A DNA stretch of 64,000 nucleotides from Candidatus Aenigmatarchaeota archaeon (GCA_038997165.1 JAWBAK010000001.1:485320-549319); one strand, 5' to 3'. Counted from the stretch's first letter, positions 1 to 11,498 are shown. Notes: generated from the letters alone by a model not told the origin. Numbers and translations are program-made.

Positions 1-225
1 AATCAGAGAGAAGCACTTATGGATAAAGGAGTAAAAACAAGACAAAGCGGATATCTAGAAAGAAGATTAATAGGTGCATTAAACGATTTAAGAGTGGAAT
101 ATGACTTAACAGTTAGAGATGCTAACGATAATATAATTCAATTTATTGCTTTTGATGATGGAATAGATCCATATAAAATTGAAGGGGGAGATTTAGATGT
201 ATATGAAATCGCAAGAAATTTATAA
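1..225 (+). CDS. rpoA1: RNA polymerase subunit A' (Rpo1N), C-terminal end; gene starts before the window
   Basis: KTRQSGYLERRL and DLRVEYDLTVRD motifs; frame open from base 1; directly upstream of A''. Confidence 0.95.
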   Translation, partial: NQREALMDKGVKTRQSGYLERRLIGALNDLRVEYDLTVRDANDNIIQFIAFDDGIDPYKIEGGDLDVYEIARNL

Positions 226-1324
226 AATATATGAAAGTTTACCGGAAAATTTGAAGAAAAAAATAGATGATGCTATAAAAAAATTTAATTTAAAAGAGGA
301 AAAAAAAGAAAAATTAATTTTAAGAGTATATGAAGAATATTTAAAGAATTTAGTTGAACCAAATGAAAGTATTGGAATTTTAACAACTCAAAGTGTTAGC
401 GAACCAGCAACTCAAGCAACAATGAGAGTATATCATCTTGCTGGTACTGTTGGTTTAAAAATTACACTAGGTTTGCCAAGATTAATAGAGTTATTTGATG
501 CAAGAAAGGAAATTTCTTCTCCAACAATGATAATATATTTGAAAGAAGAATATAATAATGAAGAAAAAGCATATGAACTTGCAAATAGTATAATAGAAAA
601 AAAATTAGAAGATTTAGCTTCTCTAATAATAAATTTAAGTGATTTTACAATAGAAGTAATACCTAATAATAAGGAAGATTTTGAAGAAATATTTGAAAAA
701 TTAAAAGAAAAAACAAAGGTTTGTGAAATTGAAAAGCAAAAAAATAAAATAGTACTAATTCCCAAAAAAGAGTATGAATTTAAAGATTTAAGAATTTTAA
801 GAGATAGAATTTCAAAAATTACTATTAAAGGGATTAAAGGAATAGAAGCTGCAATAGTTAGCAAAGAAGGAAATAAATGGATTATACAAACTCAAGGAAG
901 CAATTTAAAGGAAATATTAAAGCATCCTTGGGTTGATGAAACACTAACATATTCAAATAATCCGCATGAAGTTAAAGAAGTATTGGGAATAGAAGCTGCA
1001 AGAAATTTATTATTATTAGAAATATATAAAACATTACAACAACAAGGTTTAGATGTTAATGTAAGATTTTTATCTTTAGTTGCTGATACAATGTGTTTTA
1101 GCGGCGATATAATGCCAATAGGTAGATATGGTGTTGCAGGAAGAAAAGCTAGTGTTTTAGCAAGAGCTGGTTTTGAAGAAACCACAAAACATTTAATAGA
1201 AGCTGGTGTAAAAAACTTAAAAGATGAATTAAAAGGATCTTTTGAAAATATTATGATTGGAAATATAGCAAAAGTAGGAACAGGAAGAGTAGAAATAACA
1301 ATAAAATATGGAGATAATAAGTGA
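197..1324 (+). CDS. rpoA2: RNA polymerase subunit A'' (Rpo1C)
   Basis: QSVSEPATQATM, TLGLPRLIE, LGIEAARN, SVLARAGFE motifs. Confidence 0.96.
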   Translation: MYMKSQEIYKIYESLPENLKKKIDDAIKKFNLKEEKKEKLILRVYEEYLKNLVEPNESIGILTTQSVSEPATQATMRVYHLAGTVGLKITLGLPRLIELFDARKEISSPTMIIYLKEEYNNEEKAYELANSIIEKKLEDLASLIINLSDFTIEVIPNNKEDFEEIFEKLKEKTKVCEIEKQKNKIVLIPKKEYEFKDLRILRDRISKITIKGIKGIEAAIVSKEGNKWIIQTQGSNLKEILKHPWVDETLTYSNNPHEVKEVLGIEAARNLLLLEIYKTLQQQGLDVNVRFLSLVADTMCFSGDIMPIGRYGVAGRKASVLARAGFEETTKHLIEAGVKNLKDELKGSFENIMIGNIAKVGTGRVEITIKYGDNK

Positions 1325-1568
1325 AATAAAAGAAGAAATAAAAAAAGGTAAGGCAATTTATGGATTTAGAAAGTGTTTAAAATATTTAAAGTTAAATGAT
1401 CCTAAATTAGTTATAATAGCAAAAAATATTCCAGAAAATATGAAAAACGACATATTTAGTGCTGTTGAAGATAAGAAAAAAATAGTTCAAGTAGATATGA
1501 GTAGCATCGAGCTAGGAGTTAGCTTAGGAAAACCATTTCCGATAAGTGTAATAGTAGTTAAAAAATGA
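1308..1568 (+). CDS. rpl30e: 50S ribosomal protein L30e
   Basis: GKAIYG..KLVIIAKN..ELGVSLGKPF; conserved rpoA2-L30e-nusA-S12-S7 order. Confidence 0.9.
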   Translation: MEIISEIKEEIKKGKAIYGFRKCLKYLKLNDPKLVIIAKNIPENMKNDIFSAVEDKKKIVQVDMSSIELGVSLGKPFPISVIVVKK

Positions 1569-1966
1569 GAATTTTTGATAACGAAATAATAAGAATAATT
1601 AATTTAGTTGAGAATTTATCAAATGTTAATGTAAAAGATGTTGTTATTTTTGATAATGTTATGTATATCGTTGTAGAGAAAAATCAAAGAGAAAAATTAA
1701 TTCATTTATTAGGTATTCTTAAAAAGATTTTAAACAAAGATATTAAAATATTGGAATACTCTTCAAATGTTTTTGAATTTTTAAAAGAATTAATTCCTTT
1801 TGTAAATTTTGTAAAAATAAAAAATTATAATGGAATTAAAGTAGCAGAAATAGGAATTAATAAGGTATATAAAGGAATAGTTTACGGAAGAAATAAAAGA
1901 AAACTTAAGTTATATAAAACTTTATTAGAAAGAATGTATAAAATTAACGAAATTAAAATTATTTAA
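1565..1966 (+). CDS. nusA: Archaeal NusA-like KH-domain protein (divergent)
   Basis: Synteny; KGIVYGRNKRKLK KH-like motif; IKILEYS. Confidence 0.8.
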   Translation: MRIFDNEIIRIINLVENLSNVNVKDVVIFDNVMYIVVEKNQREKLIHLLGILKKILNKDIKILEYSSNVFEFLKELIPFVNFVKIKNYNGIKVAEIGINKVYKGIVYGRNKRKLKLYKTLLERMYKINEIKII

Positions 1967-1987
1967 ATTTTTATTAATAATTTAATA

Positions 1988-2410
1988 ATGCCAGGAGAAT
2001 TTGCTGCAAGAAAATTGATAAAGAATAGAAAAAAATTTAGATGGAGTAAGTATGATTATAAATCTAGAGTTTTAGGTTTATGGAAAATGGATCCATTAGA
2101 AGGAGCACCACAAGCAAGAGGAATTGTAATTGAAAAGAGAGTTGTTGAACAAAAAAGACCCCATTCTGGATTAATAAAATGTGTAAGAGTTAAATTGATA
2201 AAAAATGGAAGAGAATTGACAGCTTTTGTTCCAAAAAGTGGAAGTATTAATTTTATTAATGAGCATGATGAAGTAATTGTTGAACCATTAGGAGGAGCGC
2301 AAAAAGGTCCAATTGGAAGTATGTGGGGAATAAGATATAAAGTTATCGCAGTTAATGGTGTATCTTTGGATGCAATAAGAAAAGGTAAAAAGCAGAAGCC
2401 AGCAAGATGA
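1988..2410 (+). CDS. rps12: 30S ribosomal protein uS12
   Basis: [43 protein letters not shown]. Confidence 0.97.
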   Translation: MPGEFAARKLIKNRKKFRWSKYDYKSRVLGLWKMDPLEGAPQARGIVIEKRVVEQKRPHSGLIKCVRVKLIKNGRELTAFVPKSGSINFINEHDEVIVEPLGGAQKGPIGSMWGIRYKVIAVNGVSLDAIRKGKKQKPAR

Positions 2411-3003
2411 GCGAACTAAAATTATTCGGTAAATGGGATTGGAACGTTGAAGTAAAAGATATTGGATTAAAAAGATATATAAATCTAAAACCTTGTATTA
2501 TTCCTAGAACATATGGAAGATATAGTCAAATAAGATTTGGTAAAGCAAATATGAATATAGTAGAAAGATTAATTACTAAGATGATGGTACCTGGACATAA
2601 GGGTAAAAAACATTTAGTTTCTTCAGCTAGATGTGTAGGAAAAACAGAAAAAATTATAAAAATAGTAAAAGAAGTTTTTGAAATAATTGAGAAAAAAACT
2701 AAGAAAAATCCTATAGAAGTATTGGTAAGAGCTATAGAAAATGCTGCACCATTAGAAGAGCCAATATCTTATCAAGTTGGAGGAATTATTGCTAGAACTG
2801 CTGTTATAGTTTCTCCGCAAAGAAGAGTTGATTTAGCGTTAAGAAATATTGTAAATTCTTGTTATAGAAGAAAAGTTGGTTTTACTAAAATGTCTGAACT
2901 TTTAGCAGAAGAAATAATTGCTGCTGCTAATAACGATATTTCGAAAAGTTATGCATTAAAAGAGAAAGAAAGAATAGAAAAAGAAGCTGAAGGTGCTAAA
3001 TAA
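2407..3003 (+). CDS. rps7: 30S ribosomal protein uS7
   Basis: [38 protein letters not shown]. Confidence 0.97.
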   Translation: MSELKLFGKWDWNVEVKDIGLKRYINLKPCIIPRTYGRYSQIRFGKANMNIVERLITKMMVPGHKGKKHLVSSARCVGKTEKIIKIVKEVFEIIEKKTKKNPIEVLVRAIENAAPLEEPISYQVGGIIARTAVIVSPQRRVDLALRNIVNSCYRRKVGFTKMSELLAEEIIAAANNDISKSYALKEKERIEKEAEGAK

Positions 3004-3793
3004 TTTTTTCTAATATTTCTCTTTGTTTTTCAGAAACTTTTTTAACAATATTTTCTAAATCTCTTGTATAGTGAATTATTAATTCTTTTCCTACTCTTCC
3101 CTGTAGCAAATCGATTTCATGCGATCTTAAATTATCAAAGAAACTTTCGAACGCCCTTCTAAAATCATATGGTTTAATATTATATTTTTTTAAATTTTTC
3201 CAATAACTTAGTTTTGATTTATATGCAATTTTTATATATTCAATGGCTTTTTCGTTTAAAATTGTTATAAAAACTTTTTTTGTCTTTCTTATTAATAATA
3301 GTTCGAAAACATAGGCATCATATATTTTTTGTTTTTTAATTTTTTCAAAATTTTTTATAAAATAAATTAGTTCATGTGTTCTTAATCCTGTTAATAGATG
3401 TAAAATTGTAGTTGCTTTTAATTTTTTTGGAAAATATTTAATTTTTTCAAGCAGTTCATCTTTATTAATTTTTTCTTCGAGTATTTTTGGAATTTTTGGT
3501 ATATACCAGCTAATGTTTGCTTTTTTTCTTAGTTCATTAAATTTTTTATAATAAATATCTACATCATTTAATGCATCTAAGAATTTTGAATATGCTGCTA
3601 ATGCCTGTAAAATATGTTTTTTTAAAGTTTTTTTATTTTCAGTAATTTTCTTAAATTCTATTGAAAAATCAACAGCATTTAAATTTAGTAAATATGAGTA
3701 TTTTTTTGCATAGTTAACTAAATTGTTAATATGAGTTTTATTAGTGCATTTTAAACTTAGAAATTCTTTAAATTTGTTCCAATCTATTTGCAT
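2996..3793 (-). CDS. Tyrosine recombinase/integrase, SSV1-integrase-like catalytic domain
   Basis: LLTGLRTHE (R), KTKK (K), YDFRRAF (R), IDLLQGR, IIHY (Y) in tyrosine-recombinase order. Confidence 0.8.
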   Translation of the reverse strand: MQIDWNKFKEFLSLKCTNKTHINNLVNYAKKYSYLLNLNAVDFSIEFKKITENKKTLKKHILQALAAYSKFLDALNDVDIYYKKFNELRKKANISWYIPKIPKILEEKINKDELLEKIKYFPKKLKATTILHLLTGLRTHELIYFIKNFEKIKKQKIYDAYVFELLLIRKTKKVFITILNEKAIEYIKIAYKSKLSYWKNLKKYNIKPYDFRRAFESFFDNLRSHEIDLLQGRVGKELIIHYTRDLENIVKKVSEKQREILEKII

Positions 3794-3825
3794 AAATTTT
3801 TAATTTTTATTTTCTAAAAAATATA

Positions 3826-4071
3826 ATGGAAGAGAGAATATTAAGAATAAACTTAAGAAAAGAATTGATTAAAAAACCAACATGGAATAGAAAAAAATTA
3901 TTAATGTTAAGATTAAAAGAAAAATTAAAAAGGATTTTAAAAGTTGATGAAATTAAAATAGGTAAAAATTTAAACGAATTTATTCAAAGACATAGCCCGA
4001 AAAAATTAACTTATAAATTTACTTTAAGAATTGAAAAAGAAGATAATATAGCAAAGGTTGATCTTGCATGA
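3826..4071 (+). CDS. rpl31e: 50S ribosomal protein L31e
   Basis: ERILRINLR...IKIGKNLNEFI; conserved L31e-aIF6 linkage. Confidence 0.85.
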   Translation: MEERILRINLRKELIKKPTWNRKKLLMLRLKEKLKRILKVDEIKIGKNLNEFIQRHSPKKLTYKFTLRIEKEDNIAKVDLA

Positions 4072-4736
4072 AATACGAGCTTATAAATTATAATGGCGAT
4101 TCAAATATTGGTATTTTTTTAAGAACATCCGAAGACATAACTTTAGTTCCTAAAAATATTGATAAAAAAATTACTGAAAAAATAGAAAAAATTCTTAAAA
4201 CTGAAATTATTGAATGTAAAATTTGGGATTCATATTTACTTGGAATATTTTCGTGTTTAAATTCTAATGGATTAATTTTACCAAAAACAATTTTTGATAA
4301 TGAATTTAATTTTTTTAAATCGTTAGATTTAAATATTGGAATTATTGATTGCGATTATAATGCTATTGGAAACTTAATCCTTTGTAATGATTATTCTGCA
4401 ATTGTAAGTCCATTAATTGATAAAGAAAGCTTAAAAATAATTAGAGATGTTTTAAATGTTGAGGTTATTGTTAGAAAAATAATGAAAAATAATTTGGTTG
4501 GTTCTATGGCTTATGTAACTAATAAGGGAATTTTATTTAATAGAAATATAAATGAGGATGAAGCAAAAGAAATTAGTGAAATATTTAAAGTGAAAAGATA
4601 TGGTGCAGGAAGTGTAAATATGGGAAATATTTATGTTTCTGTTGGTTTAATTGCAAATTCTAAAGGAATAATATTTGGAGAAAAAACTAGTCCTTATGAA
4701 ATTCAAATAGCATTAGAAGCTTTTGATTTTATTTAG
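4068..4736 (+). CDS. eif6: Translation initiation factor aIF-6
   Basis: SNIGIF, AIGNLILCND, GSVNMG, LIANSKG, TSPYE. Confidence 0.93.
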   Translation: MKYELINYNGDSNIGIFLRTSEDITLVPKNIDKKITEKIEKILKTEIIECKIWDSYLLGIFSCLNSNGLILPKTIFDNEFNFFKSLDLNIGIIDCDYNAIGNLILCNDYSAIVSPLIDKESLKIIRDVLNVEVIVRKIMKNNLVGSMAYVTNKGILFNRNINEDEAKEISEIFKVKRYGAGSVNMGNIYVSVGLIANSKGIIFGEKTSPYEIQIALEAFDFI

Positions 4737-4878
4737 TATATGTATATTTGAGGAAAAAATATATATTAGTGATTTAAAATATATTATAGGGCTTGTTCCG
4801 TCATTGTTTCGAGAGAGCATTTGCTCTATGAAGATGAGAAACAATATCCTACAAGCCTATAGTATCAGATGCCTTAAT

Positions 4879-4912
4879 GGCATCTGGTGATAGAGAAAAA
4901 GTTGTAGTGGTA

Positions 4913-4915
<3 letters not shown>
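4879..4915 (+). other. 5' strand of the 16S pre-rRNA processing stem with bulge-helix-bulge
   Basis: ggcatctggtgatag-agaa-aaa-gttgtagtggtaatt pairs with 6395-6431 and forms a canonical 3-4-3 BHB. Confidence 0.9.
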
Positions 4916-6390
<1,475 letters not shown>

Positions 6391-6394
6391 CTAG

Positions 6395-6431
6395 AATTAC
6401 CACTACAACTTCTAATCTATCACCAGATGCC
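6395..6431 (+). other. 3' strand of the 16S processing stem (BHB partner)
   Basis: aattaccactacaac-ttct-aat-ctatcaccagatgcc is complementary to 4879-4915. Confidence 0.9.
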
Positions 6432-6499
6432 AATTTCAAAAATTCTCAAAATTAATAAAAAATTCGAATTCTAAAAATAAATTATAGGTTAGATTATAA

Positions 6500-6585
6500 G
6501 CGGGGGTCGCCTAGCCTGGCCAAGGGCGCTGGGTTGAGGTCCCAGTGGCTTAGTGCCTTCGTGGGTTCAAATCCCACCCCCCGCA
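6500..6585 (+). tRNA. tRNA-Leu(GAG)
   Basis: Cloverleaf; ctggg-tt GAG gt-cccag anticodon arm; long variable arm; TTCAAAT T-loop. Confidence 0.95.
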
Positions 6586-6618
6586 GTCGAATAATTGCTC
6601 TATACATTTTAATATTTT

Positions 6619-7338
6619 ATGGGCTATTTAGAAATAATTATATCATCAACAATATTTTTAATGTTATTGGTAACAGCTTTTCTTTTCTTGAATTATAGAT
6701 TTCAAGAATATAAATATATAAATTCAGAAATTTTTTATAAAGAACTTTTGCTTTCATATTTTGATAGGCTAATATATTCTAATCCAAACGTTTATAAAGA
6801 TTTGGTTATTAAAATTTTTGAAATTAATATTAGCGAAAGTGATAATCAAGTTATTTATATAAATTTCAATGTTAGTTGTGAAAAGAAAATAAATGTAACA
6901 TCTATAAGAATTTATAATTCTAATTTTTCTGAATTAGCATTTAAAATAAAAGATTATGATGTTTGTAGCGATAATAGTTTATATAGAGCTAATATATCAA
7001 TTTTTTTACAAAATTTTTCTAACAAAGAAATTTTATATGTTTTTATGTCATCTAGTTATGGAAATCCAATATTATATGATTTTGAAGAAAATTATAAAAA
7101 TGCAAGTTATAAATATATAGGCACTATTACTTTAAAGGGTTTAGATCTTTTTACTTTTGAAAATATTGTAGAAGAATATTGTAAAAATAGAGGAGAAGTC
7201 GAGATAGAGGTTTTTGAAAATGAAAATATAATTATGAGTTGTAAAAAAAACAAAGCTGGAAATGTTTTTTCTTTTAATATGCCTATTTTATCGATTAATG
7301 GAAAAAAACTAAATATAATTTTTAGAATTTTTGAATAA
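6619..7338 (+). CDS. Pilin-like membrane-anchored hypothetical protein
   Basis: MGYLE plus hydrophobic N-terminal helix resembling a class III signal peptide; first gene of the cluster. Confidence 0.55.
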   Translation: MGYLEIIISSTIFLMLLVTAFLFLNYRFQEYKYINSEIFYKELLLSYFDRLIYSNPNVYKDLVIKIFEINISESDNQVIYINFNVSCEKKINVTSIRIYNSNFSELAFKIKDYDVCSDNSLYRANISIFLQNFSNKEILYVFMSSSYGNPILYDFEENYKNASYKYIGTITLKGLDLFTFENIVEEYCKNRGEVEIEVFENENIIMSCKKNKAGNVFSFNMPILSINGKKLNIIFRIFE

Positions 7339-7339
7339 A

Positions 7340-7726
7340 ATGGAAAAATTTTTAGAATTGGCAATTTCTTTTACTATTTTATTATCTTTTATTTTTGTTT
7401 TTCTTTTTTATTCTTCCAATTTATATTTAGAAGATGATGAAATAATAAAAGTTAAAATTTATAATGTTTTAAACTCTTATAATCTTGAAATAAGAAGCTA
7501 TGCGTTTTTAGGAAAAACAACTGAAATAGAAAATATTTTAAAAAATGAACTTCCAAAAATTTATGATTTTAAAGTTTTGATTTGTTATGAAAAAAATTAT
7601 GATGAATGCTTTAAAAATATAAAGTTTAATGCAAATAACGTTTTTTCTGTAAGTTATTTTTTTTCATCTAACTTTACTAACTATGAAAATATTGAATTAA
7701 TAATATATGCTTGGAAAAAAATTTAA
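7340..7726 (+). CDS. Pilin-like membrane-anchored hypothetical protein
   Basis: MEKFLELAISFTILL N-terminus (Glu then hydrophobic helix); ATG at 7340 preferred. Confidence 0.55.
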   Translation: MEKFLELAISFTILLSFIFVFLFYSSNLYLEDDEIIKVKIYNVLNSYNLEIRSYAFLGKTTEIENILKNELPKIYDFKVLICYEKNYDECFKNIKFNANNVFSVSYFFSSNFTNYENIELIIYAWKKI

Positions 7727-8267
7727 ATCACAATTTTTTATAATTGCAACAGGAATATTTATATTAATTTTTAGTGTTAACTTTTTTTATTTTGGATATT
7801 TAAGTAAAAAAACTAATTATCCAAGCAATTTAATAATTTTAAGAACTATCGATAATTATCTAACAGAAGCAAACCTTCTTTTGGAAAATGAAAAAATTTC
7901 AGAATTTTTTAGTTTTTCAGAATTTTTTATTAATACTTCTAAAAAAAGAAATTTTATTATAGAAGTTTTGTTTTCAAATATTAGTTTAGATTCTTCTCAA
8001 AAAAAGATTAATTTTGAAATATATCTTTTTTCTGAAAGAGAATATTTTTTAAATATTTCTTCTGATATAGATTTCTTAGCTTTTAATTTAGAGCCAAGAA
8101 TTTTAAAAAATATAAATATTAGTTTTGAAAATTCTCAATTAATTAATATAACTATTTTTAATTCATCTTTTTTTATAGTAAATTGTGAATCAAATTGCAA
8201 ATTTTTAATTTCTATGGGTTATAAAGATGATATAAAAATAATTAAATCTTTGCTTTTGAAAAGCTAA
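7707..8267 (+). CDS. Putative type IV pilin-like protein
   Basis: KKFKSQFFII class III-like motif followed by a hydrophobic helix. Confidence 0.6.
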   Translation: MLGKKFKSQFFIIATGIFILIFSVNFFYFGYLSKKTNYPSNLIILRTIDNYLTEANLLLENEKISEFFSFSEFFINTSKKRNFIIEVLFSNISLDSSQKKINFEIYLFSEREYFLNISSDIDFLAFNLEPRILKNINISFENSQLINITIFNSSFFIVNCESNCKFLISMGYKDDIKIIKSLLLKS

Positions 8268-8284
8268 AGAGTAATTTTATATTT

Positions 8285-8749
8285 ATGAAATTATTATCGG
8301 AATTTGTTTCGAAAGTTTTGATTTTTCTTATTTCTATTATAGCTATTTCTATAGCTTTACTTTTTTTAAATCCTATAATAGATAGGAATTTAAATTCTAT
8401 TTCAATTCAAGAAGCCATTTCTAATATGAAAAAAATTGAAGCTATAAGTAAAGAAGTTTTAAGCGAAGCAATAGGATCTCAGAGAGTTTTAGAGATTAGA
8501 ATTTATAGAGGTATTTTATATGTTAATAATAGTTCAATCGTTTATATTCTAGAATCAGATAATATTCCTTTAGAAGATTTTACTAAAAAAGATGGAAATT
8601 TATTTATTAAAAAAATTGGTAATACTTTTTCTATAACTTTAAATTTTGAATATGCAAATATTGTTGGCAATGTTTATTTATCTAGTGGAAATCATAGAAT
8701 ATGTATTCTTAAAGATGCTGAGCTAACAATAAAAGTTTATGTTTGTTAA
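8285..8749 (+). CDS. Putative type IV pilin-like protein
   Basis: MKLLSEFVSKVLIFLISIIAISIAL N-terminus; GSQRVL motif. Confidence 0.6.
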   Translation: MKLLSEFVSKVLIFLISIIAISIALLFLNPIIDRNLNSISIQEAISNMKKIEAISKEVLSEAIGSQRVLEIRIYRGILYVNNSSIVYILESDNIPLEDFTKKDGNLFIKKIGNTFSITLNFEYANIVGNVYLSSGNHRICILKDAELTIKVYVC

Positions 8750-8757
8750 AATTTTTT

Positions 8758-9624
8758 ATGAGATTAATATCTAATACAATATCTCTTTCTATTTATATAA
8801 TTTTATCACTTTTTTTAATATCTTTTTTTTTATCTATTACTTTTAAAGAATTAATTGAAAAATCTAGAATAAGTAGCACTTTTTTACAAGTAATAGAACA
8901 ATTAAGATTTTTAGATGCTACAATTTTATATTTAAACAGTTTAGATATAGGTTCAAAAACAAGTATAAAGATTTATATTCCAGAAGGAAGATTATTAGTT
9001 AAAGATGGTAAAATATTTTATGAATTAGAAACTGTTTCAACTTTTGAATTTCTTAAAAATATTGTAAGATCTTTTAAAAATTTGGCATTAATATTTAGAA
9101 ATGTTAGTATAAAATGTGAAATTAGAGAAAATAATTGTTTAGAAAGCGAGGAATGCATTTTTTCTATGTATAAATTAAATAATTCTCATATAGCAGATTG
9201 CAATTCTTTAAATTATCCTTATAAAATTTGTTGTAAAGATTTAGAAATTAGAAAAGCTGAGACTTGTTATGAAAAAGAGTCTGAAATTCTTAGAATTTTA
9301 AAAGATGAAAACTCTCATGCAGGTTTTAATAAATATTCCTTTAGAATTTGCTCATATCCAATAATTTTATGTTCTTTAAAGAATAAATGTAGCAATAATG
9401 AAATTTGTGTAGCGTCTTTTTATAAAGATTTTAATTCTCATGCAGCTGTATGTAATTATTATCCAAATAATCTTTGTTGTTATTCTTCTATTTCAGAAAT
9501 AGGTAAAATAATTCTAAGTTATTTAGATATAGAAATTATTGGTAATTTTGTAATTTCTAAAGGAGAATATACCTTAGTAATAGAAAAAATCGATTTTAAT
9601 AAAATAAAAATTTATGTATTATGA
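8758..9624 (+). CDS. Putative pilin-like protein with Cys-rich insert (three NSHxA repeats)
   Basis: MRLISNTIS N-terminus; repeated C..E.CIFS...NSHIADC / NSHAG / NSHAAVC units; paralogous frame to 8285. Confidence 0.6.
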   Translation: MRLISNTISLSIYIILSLFLISFFLSITFKELIEKSRISSTFLQVIEQLRFLDATILYLNSLDIGSKTSIKIYIPEGRLLVKDGKIFYELETVSTFEFLKNIVRSFKNLALIFRNVSIKCEIRENNCLESEECIFSMYKLNNSHIADCNSLNYPYKICCKDLEIRKAETCYEKESEILRILKDENSHAGFNKYSFRICSYPIILCSLKNKCSNNEICVASFYKDFNSHAAVCNYYPNNLCCYSSISEIGKIILSYLDIEIIGNFVISKGEYTLVIEKIDFNKIKIYVL

Positions 9625-10094
9625 AGTTAATATCTGCTTATATAGCAACAATTATAATAGTTTTAGTAACTCTTACTATTGGATTTTTTGTTTATACTTG
9701 GTATTTTCAATTTTTTCAAAGAACTGGTGAAGAAATTGAAAGGATTGAAGAAAAACGAATTTCTTGCCAATTTGGTTCATTTATAGTTTTAACAGAAACT
9801 CTAAATTGTACTTTTGAATTTTTAAATTTTTCTTTAAAAAACAATGGTTACATAGATTTATATAATTTGAAAGTTGTTGTTTTTGATGGAATAAAGATGC
9901 ATACATTAGATGTTTATGATGAAAATGGAAATATTGCTGATATTAATAATCCATTAAAGCCTAATACTGTTAACAATTATTATGTTAATATTTCTGGAAT
10001 TTCTAAAATTTTAAGTTTAGAGTTTTTAACTCAATGTGCTAATGTAAATATAAAGATTAAAGACTTAAATATATCATGTACACAGAAAGAATAA
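9621..10094 (+). CDS. Archaeal type IV pilin/archaellin N-terminal-like protein
   Basis: ISAYIATIIIVLVTLTIGFFVYTW pilin helix; LKNNGYIDL motif. Confidence 0.72.
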   Translation: MKLISAYIATIIIVLVTLTIGFFVYTWYFQFFQRTGEEIERIEEKRISCQFGSFIVLTETLNCTFEFLNFSLKNNGYIDLYNLKVVVFDGIKMHTLDVYDENGNIADINNPLKPNTVNNYYVNISGISKILSLEFLTQCANVNIKIKDLNISCTQKE

Positions 10095-10690
10095 AAACAA
10101 TTAGTAGGGGAATAATATTAATAATTTTAGGTATTATAATAGGTATATATCCTTTTCAAATAGTTGGAAATTTTTTAGAGGTTGAAAGTATTAGGGCAAA
10201 TACTAAAAAATTTTATGAGTTATTAATACCAAATTCTATTGTTAGTGTTGAAAGTGTAAAAAAGGAGGGAGAAATGTATAAAGTTTTAGTTAAGTTGATT
10301 TTAAATAATAATGTTAATTATATTGAAGCGTGGGTATCTAAAGATTCAAATATTTTAGTTGAAGGTGTAATATACTTAAAAGATTCTATTAAAACTTTAG
10401 AAAAATATAAGAAATTTGTAGAATGTTTAAATAATAAAGGAGTAAAGATATATGGTTTATTAGATTCTCAAAATTATCCTGATGCTGCATTATTAACTTC
10501 TAGACAACTAAATTTATTGGGAAGATATTCTTATTTAATTTTTGTTAGTTGCGATGGTGATATGATGCAAGCATGTATAAATTCTGGAATAACACAATTT
10601 CCAGCAGTAGTTTATAATGATAAAGTTTATTTTGGAGTTGGAGATATTGATTGGTTTTCTAATTTAACTGGATGTAAATTTATTGATTAA
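10076..10690 (+). CDS. Membrane-anchored thioredoxin-like fold protein without CxxC
   Basis: N-terminal TM; FVECL..KGVKIYG...VSC...C..GITQFP...LTGC pattern. Confidence 0.55.
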   Translation: MYTERIKTISRGIILIILGIIIGIYPFQIVGNFLEVESIRANTKKFYELLIPNSIVSVESVKKEGEMYKVLVKLILNNNVNYIEAWVSKDSNILVEGVIYLKDSIKTLEKYKKFVECLNNKGVKIYGLLDSQNYPDAALLTSRQLNLLGRYSYLIFVSCDGDMMQACINSGITQFPAVVYNDKVYFGVGDIDWFSNLTGCKFID

Positions 10691-10727
10691 AAATAAATTT
10701 AATTTATTGTTTAATTAAATTTTATTT

Positions 10728-11498
10728 ATGTTAGAAAGAATATTATTAGTATTTTTAATTTTTATTTCAACTTTTTTTATTGCTATCTCTTATGATTGTC
10801 CATTACAATCCCATCCTTTATCCGAAATTTGTCCTATAGATGTTAATTTAAATATGAGAGGATTTAATATAACAAATGTTGGAGAAATTATTGTTAGTGG
10901 AAGAATTGTTGCATCGATTTTATGTATTGGTAATGATTGTAAATCTTCATGGCCTAGTATAGTTGAATCGGATCCATTTTGGTCTTTTAATATTAGTAGA
11001 ATAAATATAGGATATTTAATTAAAAGAGGTGAATCTGGAATTTTTCAATCAATAATTTATGAAAAAAATGGTAAAATAGGTATTGGAACTGAAAATCCAC
11101 AAGATACACTTGAAGTTATTGGTAATATAACTGCTAGTGGGATTATTAGAGCAAATAAAATATGTGTAGGAGAAAATTGTAGCGATATTCTTGGAAACTT
11201 AAGTGGTCATGGTATAAAAAATACAATTGCTTATTGGTCTAGTGAAAATACTTTAGAATCAACTCCATTTTATGTTAATAGTAATTTTGACCTTAATTTA
11301 TCTTGGAAAAGTATTTTTAATGTTCTTTGGCTTAATTCAACTTATATATATTCTTCGGATTTGATTTATTCTTCTGGAAAAGTTGGAATATCTACATATC
11401 CGGAATATTCGTTAGATGTTATAGGTAATATTAGAGTTAGAATAGGATCAACTGTTTTTACTATTGAGAATACTGGAGATGTTTTAGTAGCACTATGA
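10728..11498 (+). CDS. Secreted tail-fibre-like beta-repeat protein 1
   Basis: Signal peptide; GKIGIGTENP, LCIGNDCKSSWP, LDVIGNI repeats. Confidence 0.7.
   Translation: MLERILLVFLIFISTFFIAISYDCPLQSHPLSEICPIDVNLNMRGFNITNVGEIIVSGRIVASILCIGNDCKSSWPSIVESDPFWSFNISRINIGYLIKRGESGIFQSIIYEKNGKIGIGTENPQDTLEVIGNITASGIIRANKICVGENCSDILGNLSGHGIKNTIAYWSSENTLESTPFYVNSNFDLNLSWKSIFNVLWLNSTYIYSSDLIYSSGKVGISTYPEYSLDVIGNIRVRIGSTVFTIENTGDVLVAL

Noticed and set aside
433..1356. Antisense ORFs opposite rpoA2, and similar ones opposite EF-2, MCM, SMC and Rad50
   Set aside because: Shadow frames of Lys/Glu/Ile-rich sense genes with no recognisable motifs.
4808..4840. K-turn in the 16S leader
   Set aside because: Tandem G.A pairs are possible, but the bulge is far longer than the canonical 3 nt, so it is not called.
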